A DNA stretch of 64,000 bases from an uncultured Acidobacteriota bacterium (lineage in GTDB: Bacteria > Acidobacteriota > Thermoanaerobaculia > Gp7-AA8). The first letter of the stretch is position 1. Every line of letters begins with the position of its first letter. Location: contig CAVUKB010000005.1 in assembly GCA_963741955.1 (NCBI GenBank), positions 1,120,001 through 1,184,000 on the forward strand, in the 5' to 3' direction. The position numbers and the translations under genes are program-made. The notes beneath the pieces were generated by a model that worked only from the letters and a program-made list of their open reading frames with translations, was not told the DNA's origin and made no database searches. Positions 8,374 through 18,534 of the stretch are shown here, in pieces.

Positions 8374-10963
8374 CGCCTTTCGGGTTTTCGCGGAGAAGAC
8401 GCGGATCGAGTTGCGCCTCGACAACTCGCCTCTCGCAACTCGCAGAGAGGTCGTTGGCTGCGGCCTCGAATCCAACTTTCAGGGTTGCCCCTCACCCTTC
8501 CCTCTCCCCGAACGGCGGTCGCCGGCTGAAGGTCGTGAGTGCGGACGGGGAGAGGGTGGAGCCCGCCGAGTGGGAACGGGTTGCGCTTCGTGGGGGTGGG
8601 CGGGGGTTGCGCCCTTCGGGGTTTTCGGAGAGAAGACGCGGATCGAGTTGCGCCTCGCCAACTCGCCTCCCGCAACTCGCAGAGAGGTCGTTGGCTGCGG
8701 CCTCGAATCCAACTTTCAGGGTTGCCCCTCACCCTTCCCTCTCCCCGAAGGATGGTCGCCGGCTGAAGATCGTGAGCGCGGACGGGGAGAGGGTGGAGCC
8801 TGCCGAGTGGGAGCGGGTTGCGCTTCGTGGGGGTGGGCGGGGGTGGCGCCTTTCGGGTTTTCGCGGAGAAGAGCGGATAGAGTTGCGCCTCGACAACTCG
8901 CCTCTCGCAACTCGCAGAGAGGTCGTTGGCTGCGGCCTCGAATCCAACTTTCAGGGTTGCCCCTCACCCTTCCCTCTCCCCGAACGGCGGTCGCCGGCTG
9001 AAGGTCGTGAGTGCGGACGGGGAGAGGGTGGAGCCCGCCGAGTGGGAACGGGTTGCGCTTCGTGGGGGTGGGCGGAGGTGGCGCCCTTCGGGGTTTCGCG
9101 GAGAAGGCGCGGATCGAGTTGCGCCTCGACAACTCGCCTCCCGCAACTCGCAGAGAGGTCGTTGGCTGCGGCCTCGAATCCAACTTTCAGGGTTGCCCCT
9201 CACCCTTCCCTCTCCCCGAAGGGCGGTCGCCGGCTGAAGGTCGTGAGTGCGGACGGGGAGAGGGTGGAGCCCGCCGAGTGGGAACGAGTTGCGCTTCGTG
9301 GGGGTGGGCGGAGGTGGCGCCTTTCGGGTTTTCGCGGAGAAGAGCGGATAGAGTTGCGCCTCGACAACTCGCCTCTCGCAACTCGCAGTGAGGTCGTTGG
9401 CTGCGGCCTCGAATCCAACTTTCAGGGTTGCCCCTCACCCTTCCCTCTCCCCGAACGGCGGTCGCCGGCTGAAGGTCGTGAGTGCGGACGGGGAGAGGGT
9501 GGAGCCCGCCGAGTGGGTACGGGGTGCGCTTCGTAGGGGTGGGCGGGGGTGGCGCCTTTCGGGTTTTCGCGGAGAAGAGCGGATAGAGTTGCGCCTCGAC
9601 AACTCGCCTCTCGCAACTCGCAGAGAGGTCGTTGGCTGCGGCCTCGAATTCAACTTTCAGGGTTGCCCCTCACCCTTCCCTCTCCCCGAAGGGTGGTCGC
9701 CGGCTGAAGGTCGTGAGTGCGGACGGGGAGAGGGTGGAGCCCGCCGAGTGGGAACGAGTTGCGCTTCGTGGGGGTGGGCGGAGGTGGCGCCTTTCGGGTT
9801 TTCGCGGAGAAGAGCGGATAGAGTTGCGCCTCCACAACTCGCCTCCCGCAACTCGCAGAGAGGTCGTTGGCTGCGGCCTCGAATCCAACTTTCAGGGTTG
9901 CCCCTCACCCTTCCCTCTCCCCGAAGGATGGTCGCCGGCTGAAGATCGTGAGCGCGGACGGGGAGAGGGTGGAGCCCGCCGAGTGGGAACGGGGTGCGCT
10001 TCGTAGGGGTGGGCGGGGGTGGCGCCTTTCGGGTTTTCGCGGAGAAGACGCGGCGGCGCGGATAGAGTTGCGCCTCGACAACTCGCCTCTCGCAACTCGC
10101 AGAGAGGTCGTTGGCTGCGGCCTCGAATCCAACTTTCAGGGTTGCCCCTCACCCTTCCCTCTCCCCGAAGGATGGTCGCCGGCTGAAGATCGTGAGCGCG
10201 GACGGGGAGAGGGTGGAGCCCGCCGAGTGGGAACGGGGTGCGCTTCGTGGGGGTGGGCGGGGGTGGCGCCTTTCGGGTTTTCGCGGAGAAGAGCGGATAG
10301 AGTTGCGCCTCGACAACTCGCCTCCCGCAACTCGCAGAGAGGTCGTTGGCTGCGGCCTCGAATCCAACTTTCAGGGTTGCCCCTCACCCTTCCCTCTCCC
10401 CGAAGGATGGTCGCCGGCTGAAGATCGTGAGCGCGGACGGGGAGAGGGTGGAGCCCGCCGAGTGGGTACGGGGTGCGCTTCGTGGGGGTGGGCGGGGGTG
10501 GCGCCTTTCGGGTTTTCGCGGAGAAGAGCGGATAGAGTTGCGCCTCCACAACTCGCCTCCCGCAACTCGCAGAGAGGTCGTTGGCTGCGGCCTCGAATCC
10601 AACTTTCAGGGTTGCCCCTCACCCTTCCCTCTCCCCGAAGGATGGTCGCCGGCTGAAGATCGTGAGCGCGGACGGGGAGAGGGTGGAGCCCGCCGAGTGG
10701 GAACGGGGTGCGCTTCGTGGGGGTGGGCGGGGGTGGCGCCTTTCGGGTTTTCGCGGAGAAGAGCGGATAGAGTTGCGCCTCGACAACTCGCCTCTCGCAA
10801 CTCGCAGAGAGGTCGTTGGCTGCGGCCTCGAATCCAACTTTCAGGGTTGCCCCTCACCCTTCCCTCTCCCCGAACGGCGGTCGCCGGCTGAAGTTCATGA
10901 GTGCGGACGGGGAGAGGGTGGAGCCTGCCGAGTGGGAACGGGTTGCGCTTCGTGGGGGTGGGC
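8374..10963. repeat. Tandem array of 11 x ~235 bp multi-hairpin units
   Basis: gagttgcgcctc recurs at about 8408, 8645, 8880, 9116, 9351, 9586, 9821, 10065, 10300, 10535 and 10770. Each unit contains CCCCTCACCCTTCCCTCTCCCCG...CGGGGAGAGGG. Confidence 0.97.
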
Positions 10964-11016
10964 ACCCCTCCGGGGTGCGTCGCTAATGAGGGGTCAGGTC
11001 TTTACCGGCTGCGGAG

Positions 11017-11679
11017 CTACCAGGCGGAATCGCTCTTCAGCGCGAGCCGGAGAGCGACCGTCCAGGGACGCCTGGGCGGGCTCCCGGGCGAGGCCGGCTG
11101 GAGCCTTTCTCCGATCATCGTCGTATCGCACGGCGTCCCGGTGAAGACCTCCGGAGGTATGGTCGCGATCAGCTCACCGGACGAAGGATCGACGCGTGCC
11201 TTCAGCGACACGTAATCGGTGAGTGACTGATCGTCGATGCAGACCGCGGTCTCGGCGACGAGGTCCCGGTGATACCCGGCGGGAACGGCTCTCCCGAAGT
11301 CCTCCGGGACCGCGACTCTCACTTCGATCGGGGCCGGGTCTCCACCGAGAATCACGATGGTGTAGAACGTCGCCGAGGAGGCGCGGGCGTACTGCCCGCC
11401 GAGAAGATCGGGACTGCTGCGGATCTGCCGGAGAAACGAGCGCTTCTCCCGTTCCGAGATGGTCCGTCGCACCAGAATCGTCACTTCCCCTGAAGAGGGA
11501 TGCGGCTCGACGGTGGCAGTGATCGCTCCGGGAATGGTCGCGGTACCCCCTCTCGGAGTGACGGAAGCCTCCGCCGTGACGACGTCGGGTTTCTCCTTCT
11601 TCGCCGCGGAGGCGAGCGAAGGAAACGCGAGAGTCGCGGCGAGCGCGATGCCCGCGAGCGCGAGAAGGTCTCGTCTCAC
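11017..11679 (-). CDS. Secreted hypothetical protein
   Basis: GTG at 11679 after GGAGGAGG. Signal peptide MRRDLLALAGIALAATLAFPSLASA. Confidence 0.65.
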   Translation of the reverse strand: MRRDLLALAGIALAATLAFPSLASAAKKEKPDVVTAEASVTPRGGTATIPGAITATVEPHPSSGEVTILVRRTISEREKRSFLRQIRSSPDLLGGQYARASSATFYTIVILGGDPAPIEVRVAVPEDFGRAVPAGYHRDLVAETAVCIDDQSLTDYVSLKARVDPSSGELIATIPPEVFTGTPCDTTMIGERLQPASPGSPPRRPWTVALRLALKSDSAW

Positions 11680-11756
11680 GCCTCCTCCTCCCCGCGAAGT
11701 GAATCCGTTCTCCTCGGCGGTCGCGCGAGGCGAGTGCCGGCATCGCGTCCCGCCGC

Positions 11757-14231
11757 TCAAATCGGATCTCCCGGAGGAACCGGAAGCGGCGCGATCTTCT
11801 TTCGCGGCGCGACCGGGCGGCGGAGGAACTCCTCGATGTCGTCGCGGATCGCGGCGCGGTGCGCGCCATCGACCGCGTCCGCCGTCGTGGACGTCTTCTG
11901 CAGGTCTGACCCCAGGCGCCGGAGCGCGTCGGTCGCGATGGCGCGCACGTCGGATGCGGCATCTTCGTTCGCCGCCAGCCCCATCAGGTCGTCCACCGTG
12001 ACCCGCTGCACCGCGCGCGCGATCGCATCGCCGTAGGAGTCGGTGACCTTCTCGCTCCAGGTGCGATCGACCAGCGCCTTCACCACCTCCTCGAATCCCG
12101 GGTTCTGCGCGTCCTGGGCGTGAAATTCGATCAGCCGCGCCGCGCGGTGCGGCTCGAGAACTCCCGATACCGCGAGATCCGCTGCGATCGACGCGGCACC
12201 GATCGGATCGAACACCGGATCGGTGCGCGACGGGAATCGCTCCGTCGGCCCTCCCTCCCAGCCGAACGGCACCGGCGGAATGAGCTTCAGGATGCGCGTC
12301 GGGATCCGCAACGAGTCCACCGATACGGTGTCGAGCACCGCCGCGAGCGCGTCGCGCTGCGTCGCCGCCGGAACGATGTGACGGACGTCGGACGGCACCG
12401 GTCCGTTCGGTGTCCGCACGCTGTAGGTATAGAAGAGACCCCCCAGCGACTTGACCGCCGCCTGCAGCTGATAGCGATGATGGAGATAGAGCGGAAGAAA
12501 CTCCGCCTCGAGCTGCGACATCGGCATTCCCGGCTGGAGATTCCCTTCGCCGAAGTGATTCATCGCGATGCGGCGCACGTCCATCTCGTGACGGAGCATC
12601 GCCACCGGGTCCGCGCCGTTGTCCCACAGACTGGCCAGCGGATGCGCCGCTCCTGCCGGCCGCGCGTCTTCGTCGGTGATGAAGAGCATCCCGTGATGGA
12701 TCGCGTCCTCCACGAGCTTCTCCAGTGCGGCATGCTCGTCCGTCCCGGGAGGAAACTGCGTGTATGCGTACGCGATCGCGAACTCGTCGTACGCGCCGAT
12801 CCCTCTCGCATACGCGTTCGACAGATCGAGTTTCCCGTTGCGGATCTCGACCATCGGGGCCGGGTAGTCCATCACCGATGCCCGGCCGTACGTGCTCGCG
12901 GCGAAGTTGTGGGCGAGACCGATGGTGTGGCCGACCTCGTGTGCGCCGAGCTGGCGCAGCCTCGCCAGGGCCATCGCCTTCGCATCGATCGACGGATCGG
13001 CTGCGGCGAGCGCATCGCCGTCGGACGGAGCCGCCACTCCTTCGAACAGCGGCACCAGCCCCTCACCGATCAGGAAATCCTGCCGTACCCGGAGCGATCC
13101 GAGCGAGACGTTCCCCTTCAGGATCTCCCCCGTGCGCGGGTCGACCACGTTCGCGCCGTAGGACCAGCCGCGCGTGGAGCGATGCACCCAGGTGATGACG
13201 TTGTACCGAAGGTCCATCGGATCCGCTCCCGGCGGAAGCATCTTCACCTGGAACGCATTCCTGAAACCCGCGGCCTCGAACGCCTGGTTCCACCACGAGA
13301 TACCGTCCAGCAGCGCACTCCGTACCGGCTCGGGAGTTCCCGGGTCGAGGTAGTAGACGATCGGTTTCACCGGCTCGGACACGGCCGCGCCCGGGTCCTT
13401 CTTCTCCAGACGGAACCGGGTGATCCACCGTTTCTCGATCGGCGCAGTGAGGGGTGATGCGAAGTCGTAGAAGTCCACGCCGTACACCCCGACCCGAGGG
13501 TCGAATGCGCGCGGGTGGTATCCCGGCGGCGGCAGCTCCACCAGGGAGTAGTGCTCGCGTACCGTGATCGCCTTCGGACTCGGCGTCACCTGCTGCACGA
13601 GTCTTCCCGGATTTCCGCTCGTGACGAAAGTGAGCAGCACCTCGACCTCGGTGTTTTTCGGAAAAGCCTTCGTCTGCGGAAGCCACACCGCACTCCGCGA
13701 ATCGTCGAGCGTGTAACTCCCCTGCTTCGTCTCTTTCAACTGATCGGCCACACCGTGGGCATCGCGGACGAAGAACGGCGTCGCATCCACCAGGACCCGC
13801 TCTCCTTCGCTCGCTACGATCGGAAATCCCCACAGCACCGATTCGGCGAACGAATTCGCGACCGCCTGCTGCTCCGCCACGTCACCGGTGAGAGCGCGAT
13901 AGCGGTAGTTCGGCTCCACCATGAGGAGCTTCGGTCCGATGCGCCGGAACGAGACGACGTGCGTCCCGCCGAGCTGGTTGCGATCGAGACCGATCGGGTT
14001 CGATCCGATGCCGGCCGGCAGTGAGACCTGCATCAGCAGCTCCTGATCGAGATGCGGGACCTCCATCAGCAGCTTCCCCTCGCCCGCATCCCAGTAGAGC
14101 GGCACGTAGCCGTCGATCTTCTGCATTCCTCGGGTTGCTGCGGCGACGTCGGTCCCGGGTGGCTTGCTTTCGGCCGCGACGAGAGGCAATGCGAGGATCA
14201 GAGTCAGAAGGGCGATTCCGGTTCGGCGCAT
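11757..14231 (-). CDS. Secreted zinc metalloprotease (DUF5117/DUF4953 Met-zincin)
   Basis: Signal peptide, DPRVG, KPIVYYLD, DPRTGEILKG, HEVGHTIGLAHNF, SVMDY Met-turn. Confidence 0.9.
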   Translation of the reverse strand: MRRTGIALLTLILALPLVAAESKPPGTDVAAATRGMQKIDGYVPLYWDAGEGKLLMEVPHLDQELLMQVSLPAGIGSNPIGLDRNQLGGTHVVSFRRIGPKLLMVEPNYRYRALTGDVAEQQAVANSFAESVLWGFPIVASEGERVLVDATPFFVRDAHGVADQLKETKQGSYTLDDSRSAVWLPQTKAFPKNTEVEVLLTFVTSGNPGRLVQQVTPSPKAITVREHYSLVELPPPGYHPRAFDPRVGVYGVDFYDFASPLTAPIEKRWITRFRLEKKDPGAAVSEPVKPIVYYLDPGTPEPVRSALLDGISWWNQAFEAAGFRNAFQVKMLPPGADPMDLRYNVITWVHRSTRGWSYGANVVDPRTGEILKGNVSLGSLRVRQDFLIGEGLVPLFEGVAAPSDGDALAAADPSIDAKAMALARLRQLGAHEVGHTIGLAHNFAASTYGRASVMDYPAPMVEIRNGKLDLSNAYARGIGAYDEFAIAYAYTQFPPGTDEHAALEKLVEDAIHHGMLFITDEDARPAGAAHPLASLWDNGADPVAMLRHEMDVRRIAMNHFGEGNLQPGMPMSQLEAEFLPLYLHHRYQLQAAVKSLGGLFYTYSVRTPNGPVPSDVRHIVPAATQRDALAAVLDTVSVDSLRIPTRILKLIPPVPFGWEGGPTERFPSRTDPVFDPIGAASIAADLAVSGVLEPHRAARLIEFHAQDAQNPGFEEVVKALVDRTWSEKVTDSYGDAIARAVQRVTVDDLMGLAANEDAASDVRAIATDALRRLGSDLQKTSTTADAVDGAHRAAIRDDIEEFLRRPVAPRKKIAPLPVPPGDPI

Positions 14232-14295
14232 TCGGTTCCTTTCTGAGCTGCATATCACGCAATTCACGCAATTCGCGCAAATGATGAAACACCCC

Positions 14296-14751
14296 TCACC
14301 CCGACACCTTCTCCCACTTCGCCCAGTACGCCTTCCACGCCCCTCCTTCGGGAGCGAATCGCACTTCGAAGTTCCAGGAGGAAGCACGGGGAAGGAACTG
14401 ATCGAGGCCGCCCAATTTCCGGGGCACGCCGGCGAAGTTCGCGTGAAACTTCGCGGTCGCAGCGACGTCGCTCCGTTGGATCTCGACACCGGTCAGAACG
14501 ATCTCGATCTTCTCGTACCCGGCGAAGAGCCGTCGCAGAGTATTCACCGCCTCGGCGTAGTCGAGTCCCGACGGGTCACGGTATTCGGGCGAGAGATATT
14601 TCGCGAACGCGTCGGCGTCGCGATCCTCTGCCGCACTCTCCATGCCGTCGAGAGCACCGCGCACCGGATCCTTTTCGTGTCTGCATCCGAAGGCGGTCAC
14701 GAGAGAGAGCAACGCCAGCGATATTGCGATTCGGCGAAGCGGGCGGGGCAT
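14296..14751 (-). CDS. Lipoprotein, NTF2-like fold
   Basis: Lipobox-like AFGC. Pattern EDRDADAFAKYLSPEY...FAPEGGAWK. Confidence 0.65.
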   Translation of the reverse strand: MPRPLRRIAISLALLSLVTAFGCRHEKDPVRGALDGMESAAEDRDADAFAKYLSPEYRDPSGLDYAEAVNTLRRLFAGYEKIEIVLTGVEIQRSDVAATAKFHANFAGVPRKLGGLDQFLPRASSWNFEVRFAPEGGAWKAYWAKWEKVSG

Positions 14752-14910
14752 GCGCGGATTGTACCCGAAACGACCGCTCGGTTCCGGGCCGGCCCCGATT
14801 CGGCGACTCTCCTGATTCTGCCGGTGAAGGACCGCGGCTTCCGCTGCGTCCGGAAACGATGGAAACCGTGCCGCGCCGGTTTCAGTTCCGACTCGCCGAA
14901 ACCGGCGAGC

Positions 14911-15960
14911 TCACTTGACCAGGCGGATCTGCGGCAGGCGATCGAGTCGAGGAGGGAGACTCTCAGGTTCAGCGGCGACGCCCGGCTCTTCCGGCTCCGC
15001 ATCCGAGACGAGACTTTCCGGATGCTTGCGCGACCACTTGTTCCGGTAGAGGTCGTGATCGCACGCCCGGACGAGCTGCTCGAGTGTTCCGTCCTTCAGA
15101 TACTCCGTACTCGAGATTCCCGAAGTGACGCCGATCCCCAGCATGTCGGTATCGACGGTCCACTGGAGCGAGGCGACCGTCTGTGCGATCCGCTCAGTGA
15201 TCTCGACCACCTGATCGATCGGCGCCCCGGCGATGAGCATGATGAATTCGTCTCCGCCGTACCGTCCGATCAGATCGCCATAGCGGGCCGACTGATGAAA
15301 CGCCGCGCCGACGTCGGCGAGAATCCGATCACCGACGTAGTGCCCGTACTTGTCGTTGATCTCCTTGAAATCGTCGAGGTCGAAGAGCGCGATGGCCATT
15401 GGACGGAGCGGCGAGAGCATGGCCCGCGACGCTTCCTCGAAGAAGTAGCGGCGATTGAAAAGACCGGTCAGATCGTCACGCATCGCGAGCCGGTAGAGTC
15501 GCTGGTTCTTGCGGACGAGCTTCGCCTGGCGGTCGATGACCCGGCGATACGAATTGATCTTGGCCAGAATCTCCTCGCGTGAAGCGGCCTTCGGGAGGAA
15601 ATCGTCGAAGCCGTCATTCAGCGCGTCGATCCTGGTCTTCTCATCCGAGGCGACGGTGAGCATCACGACGAAGAGGTCGAGCAGCTCCGGATCGGCGCGA
15701 ATCGCCTCGACCGTTTTGAATCCGTCGAGCTTCGGCATCCGAAGGTCGAGCAGAACCAGATCACACGGGCCGCCCTCCCGCAGAAACTGCAGAGCCGCCT
15801 GGCCGTCTTCGGCGAAGACCACGTCGAGTCCGAACCGCTGAAGGAGTGCGGCGATCCAGGCACGGTACTGAGAGTCGTCGTCGACGATCAGGACCGTCAA
15901 ACGCTCCGCAGCGACCGATTTCCGGTCGTCTTTCCTGCGGCGCTCGGTTCGTCCGGTCAT
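14911..15960 (-). CDS. Response-regulator diguanylate cyclase (REC-GGDEF)
   Basis: VLIVDD, DLVLLDLRMPKLDG, DDLTGLFNRR, DLDDFKEINDKYGH, RYGGDEF. Confidence 0.93.
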   Translation of the reverse strand: MTGRTERRRKDDRKSVAAERLTVLIVDDDSQYRAWIAALLQRFGLDVVFAEDGQAALQFLREGGPCDLVLLDLRMPKLDGFKTVEAIRADPELLDLFVVMLTVASDEKTRIDALNDGFDDFLPKAASREEILAKINSYRRVIDRQAKLVRKNQRLYRLAMRDDLTGLFNRRYFFEEASRAMLSPLRPMAIALFDLDDFKEINDKYGHYVGDRILADVGAAFHQSARYGDLIGRYGGDEFIMLIAGAPIDQVVEITERIAQTVASLQWTVDTDMLGIGVTSGISSTEYLKDGTLEQLVRACDHDLYRNKWSRKHPESLVSDAEPEEPGVAAEPESLPPRLDRLPQIRLVK

Positions 15961-16052
15961 TTTGAGCCTCCGTCAGCATTCAAATTCCGCACCAGAGCGA
16001 CCAGAGCCGAATCCGCGGCGTCGGTTCCCGAACCGTGTATTCTTCCGCCCGC

Positions 16053-17198
16053 ATGGCTGCTCCCGTCGTCATCACCCGCGACGAGGCTCGAAACGCACTC
16101 GTGCGGCATCTCGCGCTCGACCGGCCCACCGGAACCGGAAGAGCCGGCATCCGAAGGGTCCTCGAGCGGCTCCGCTGCATCCAGCTCGATCCGCTCGACG
16201 CGATCGGCACCAACGCCGATCTGGTGGTGATGGCGCGGGTCACCGGCGCAGAGCGCGGTGACGTGTGGTCCGCGCTCTTCCCCGACGCCGGATTCGAACA
16301 TTTCGCGAAGGAGCGCTGCATTCTCCCGGCATCCTCCTTCCCCTGGTACCGCGAACGCGGACATCGTGCGCAGGCGCCGTGGTGGCGGCATCATGAGCGC
16401 GAGGCTCGGGTGGAGCCACGCGCAGTCGAAGCGGTGCTCGAAGAGATCAGGGAACGGGGGCCGCTCACCCTCCGCGAGATGACCGACCACGGCTCGGTGA
16501 TGCCGCTCGACTGGAGCGGCTGGATGGGAACTTCGAAGGCCACCACGATGGCGCTGGAAATTCTCTGGACGCGCTGCGAGGTCGTCGTCGCGGGACGCGA
16601 CGCCTCCGGCGCGAAGATCTACGACATCCCTTCCCGAACCCTCGGCCCGTTCGCCGCGGCCCCGGCGGAGGGGGACTTCGCACGGTGGGCTCTGCACGAA
16701 CGGGTCACTGCGGCCGGACTTCTCTCTCGTGCCGGGGGCTCCCACTGGTCGATGCTGGGAGAGATTCGCACCTCGGCGCTACCCGACGAGATGATCGAGG
16801 CGGGCGAGCTCGTGGAAGTCTCCATCGAGGGCTCGCCTCGAAAGTATCTGGCGCTCCCTTCGTTCCTCGCCCGGCGGAGGTCTCGATTCGACGATCGGGT
16901 CCGCATCCTCGGCCCTCTCGACCCGCTGCTATGGGACCGCAACCTCGTGCGCCATGCGTTCGAGTTCGAGTACGCCTGGGAGGTCTACAAGCCGGAACAC
17001 CTCAGGAGATGGGGTTGGTACGTCTGCCCGCTTCTCTTCCGCGACCGCCTCGTCGGACGCGTCGACGCCCGCGTCGAGAAGAATGTGCTGCGGGTGAAGA
17101 AGCTCTGGATCGAATCGGAGATCGAACGGCCACTGATCCGTGCCGCGCTCGAAGACCACGCGCGGCGTTGCGGCGCCCGCCGGATTAGAGGCATCTAG
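16053..17198 (+). CDS. YcaQ/AlkZ-like (HTH_42) DNA cross-link repair glycosylase family protein
   Basis: IQLDP (QxD motif), ILGPLDPLLWDR, FEYAWEVYKPEHLRRWGWYVCPLL, LVGRVD. Confidence 0.85.
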   Translation: MAAPVVITRDEARNALVRHLALDRPTGTGRAGIRRVLERLRCIQLDPLDAIGTNADLVVMARVTGAERGDVWSALFPDAGFEHFAKERCILPASSFPWYRERGHRAQAPWWRHHEREARVEPRAVEAVLEEIRERGPLTLREMTDHGSVMPLDWSGWMGTSKATTMALEILWTRCEVVVAGRDASGAKIYDIPSRTLGPFAAAPAEGDFARWALHERVTAAGLLSRAGGSHWSMLGEIRTSALPDEMIEAGELVEVSIEGSPRKYLALPSFLARRRSRFDDRVRILGPLDPLLWDRNLVRHAFEFEYAWEVYKPEHLRRWGWYVCPLLFRDRLVGRVDARVEKNVLRVKKLWIESEIERPLIRAALEDHARRCGARRIRGI

Positions 17199-17266
17199 TA
17201 TCTAGTATCGAGTATCGAGTATCGAGTATCGAGTATCGAGTATCGAGTATCGAGTATCGAGTATCT
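17197..17266. repeat. Heptanucleotide microsatellite (AGTATCG) x ~10
   Basis: Eight perfect AGTATCG units flanked by AGTATCT, starting at the stop codon. GGATCGA-type heptamers follow to ~17330. Confidence 0.95.
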
Positions 17267-17454
17267 GAAAGGCATTGTGGATCGAGGATCTGAGAGGCAT
17301 CGCGGATCGAGGATCGTGGATCGAGGACGAGTGGTCCTCGAAGCCGTCCCGGAACGAGCCCATGGGTAAGAGGGAGCCTGCGGAGAGTCGTTCGCGAGAT
17401 CGAGTTCGGAACCTTGCACGAGTTGTGCTCAGACGAATGGGCGGAGGTACAGGT

Positions 17455-18249
17455 ATGAAAAGTCAACTCCGCTACGGAGCGATGCTCACCATCGTCGCAT
17501 TCATGTTCGCGGGATGTTCGTCACTCGGCGCCAACGGCAGCTCGGTCTCTCTCGATCAGGAATGGCAGCTCGGGGACCAGATGGCGGCGCAGGTCGCCCA
17601 GCAGGTTAAGCTCGTCCACGACCCCGCCGCACTCGCTTACGTGCGCAGCGTGGGTGAGAAGATCCACCAGCAGACGCCACTGGCGAACCGGCCGTTCGAC
17701 TTCGAGATCGTGAACGATCCGTCGGTCAACGCCTTCTCCCTTCCGGGAGGGCACATCTACGTCAACACCGGCCTGATTGCACAGGCCGACCGGGTCGACA
17801 TGCTCGCCGGCGTCATTGCGCACGAGATCAGTCACGTGGTCCACCGCGACGCGATCAAACAGCTCGAACAGCAGCAGGAGATCAACGCCGTCGGCAGCAT
17901 TCTTCTCGGACAGAACCCCGGCGTGCTCGCACAGCTTGCCGCACAGATCGTCGCCGGCGGCGCGATGGCGAAGTTCAGCCGCCAGGACGAGAAGTCGGCC
18001 GACGATCTCGGACTGGAGCTGATGACGCGGGCCGGATACGATCCTCACGGAATGGTCGCCATGTTCCAGAAGCTCCTCGCCCTCGAGCAGAGCGATCCGA
18101 ACGCGGTGGCCCGCTTCTTCGCCGATCATCCGACCGCCCAGAGTCGCATCCGCGACCTGCAGCAGAAGATCGCTCAAATGGGCAATCCCACCGGCATCCG
18201 GAATGACCCGCAGTACCAGGTGATCCGCCAGCGCGTGATGGCCGGCTGA
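17455..18249 (+). CDS. M48-family zinc metallopeptidase lipoprotein
   Basis: FAGC lipobox, NAFSLPGG, HEISH, FSRQDEKSAD, DHP. Confidence 0.9.
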   Translation: MKSQLRYGAMLTIVAFMFAGCSSLGANGSSVSLDQEWQLGDQMAAQVAQQVKLVHDPAALAYVRSVGEKIHQQTPLANRPFDFEIVNDPSVNAFSLPGGHIYVNTGLIAQADRVDMLAGVIAHEISHVVHRDAIKQLEQQQEINAVGSILLGQNPGVLAQLAAQIVAGGAMAKFSRQDEKSADDLGLELMTRAGYDPHGMVAMFQKLLALEQSDPNAVARFFADHPTAQSRIRDLQQKIAQMGNPTGIRNDPQYQVIRQRVMAG

Positions 18250-18534
18250 TCCCATCCGGCGTGAGAGATCCTCGATCCGAATGCCGGAGCTCGATTCCCG
18301 GCCGGGGTCGCATCGGCCCCGGCCTCCTCAATTGAAGACCTGACCCCAATGATCGACGACCGGCCGCCCGGACTCGCCCACCGGCTCCGTTTCGTTTCTG
18401 CAACGGGAAATCGCCACACCCTCTCGCCTGGGAGTCTGCGCGGTAGAAACGATGTGAGAAATGCGGGCTGGCGTTATTTGCATTCATCTTGCACCTTCAC
18501 CCGCGGGAGACCTCTGCACGTGGAACTACCGAAC

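Noticed and set aside
8374-10963. CRISPR array near cas3
   Set aside because: Units are ~235 bp and near-identical throughout, with no 25-45 bp repeats separated by unique spacers.
8265-11144. Many ORF-track ORFs in array 1, including the 731-aa ORF and the WYL N-terminal extension
   Set aside because: They come from stop-poor GC-rich repeats. The frame shifts between units, and there are no recognisable domains.
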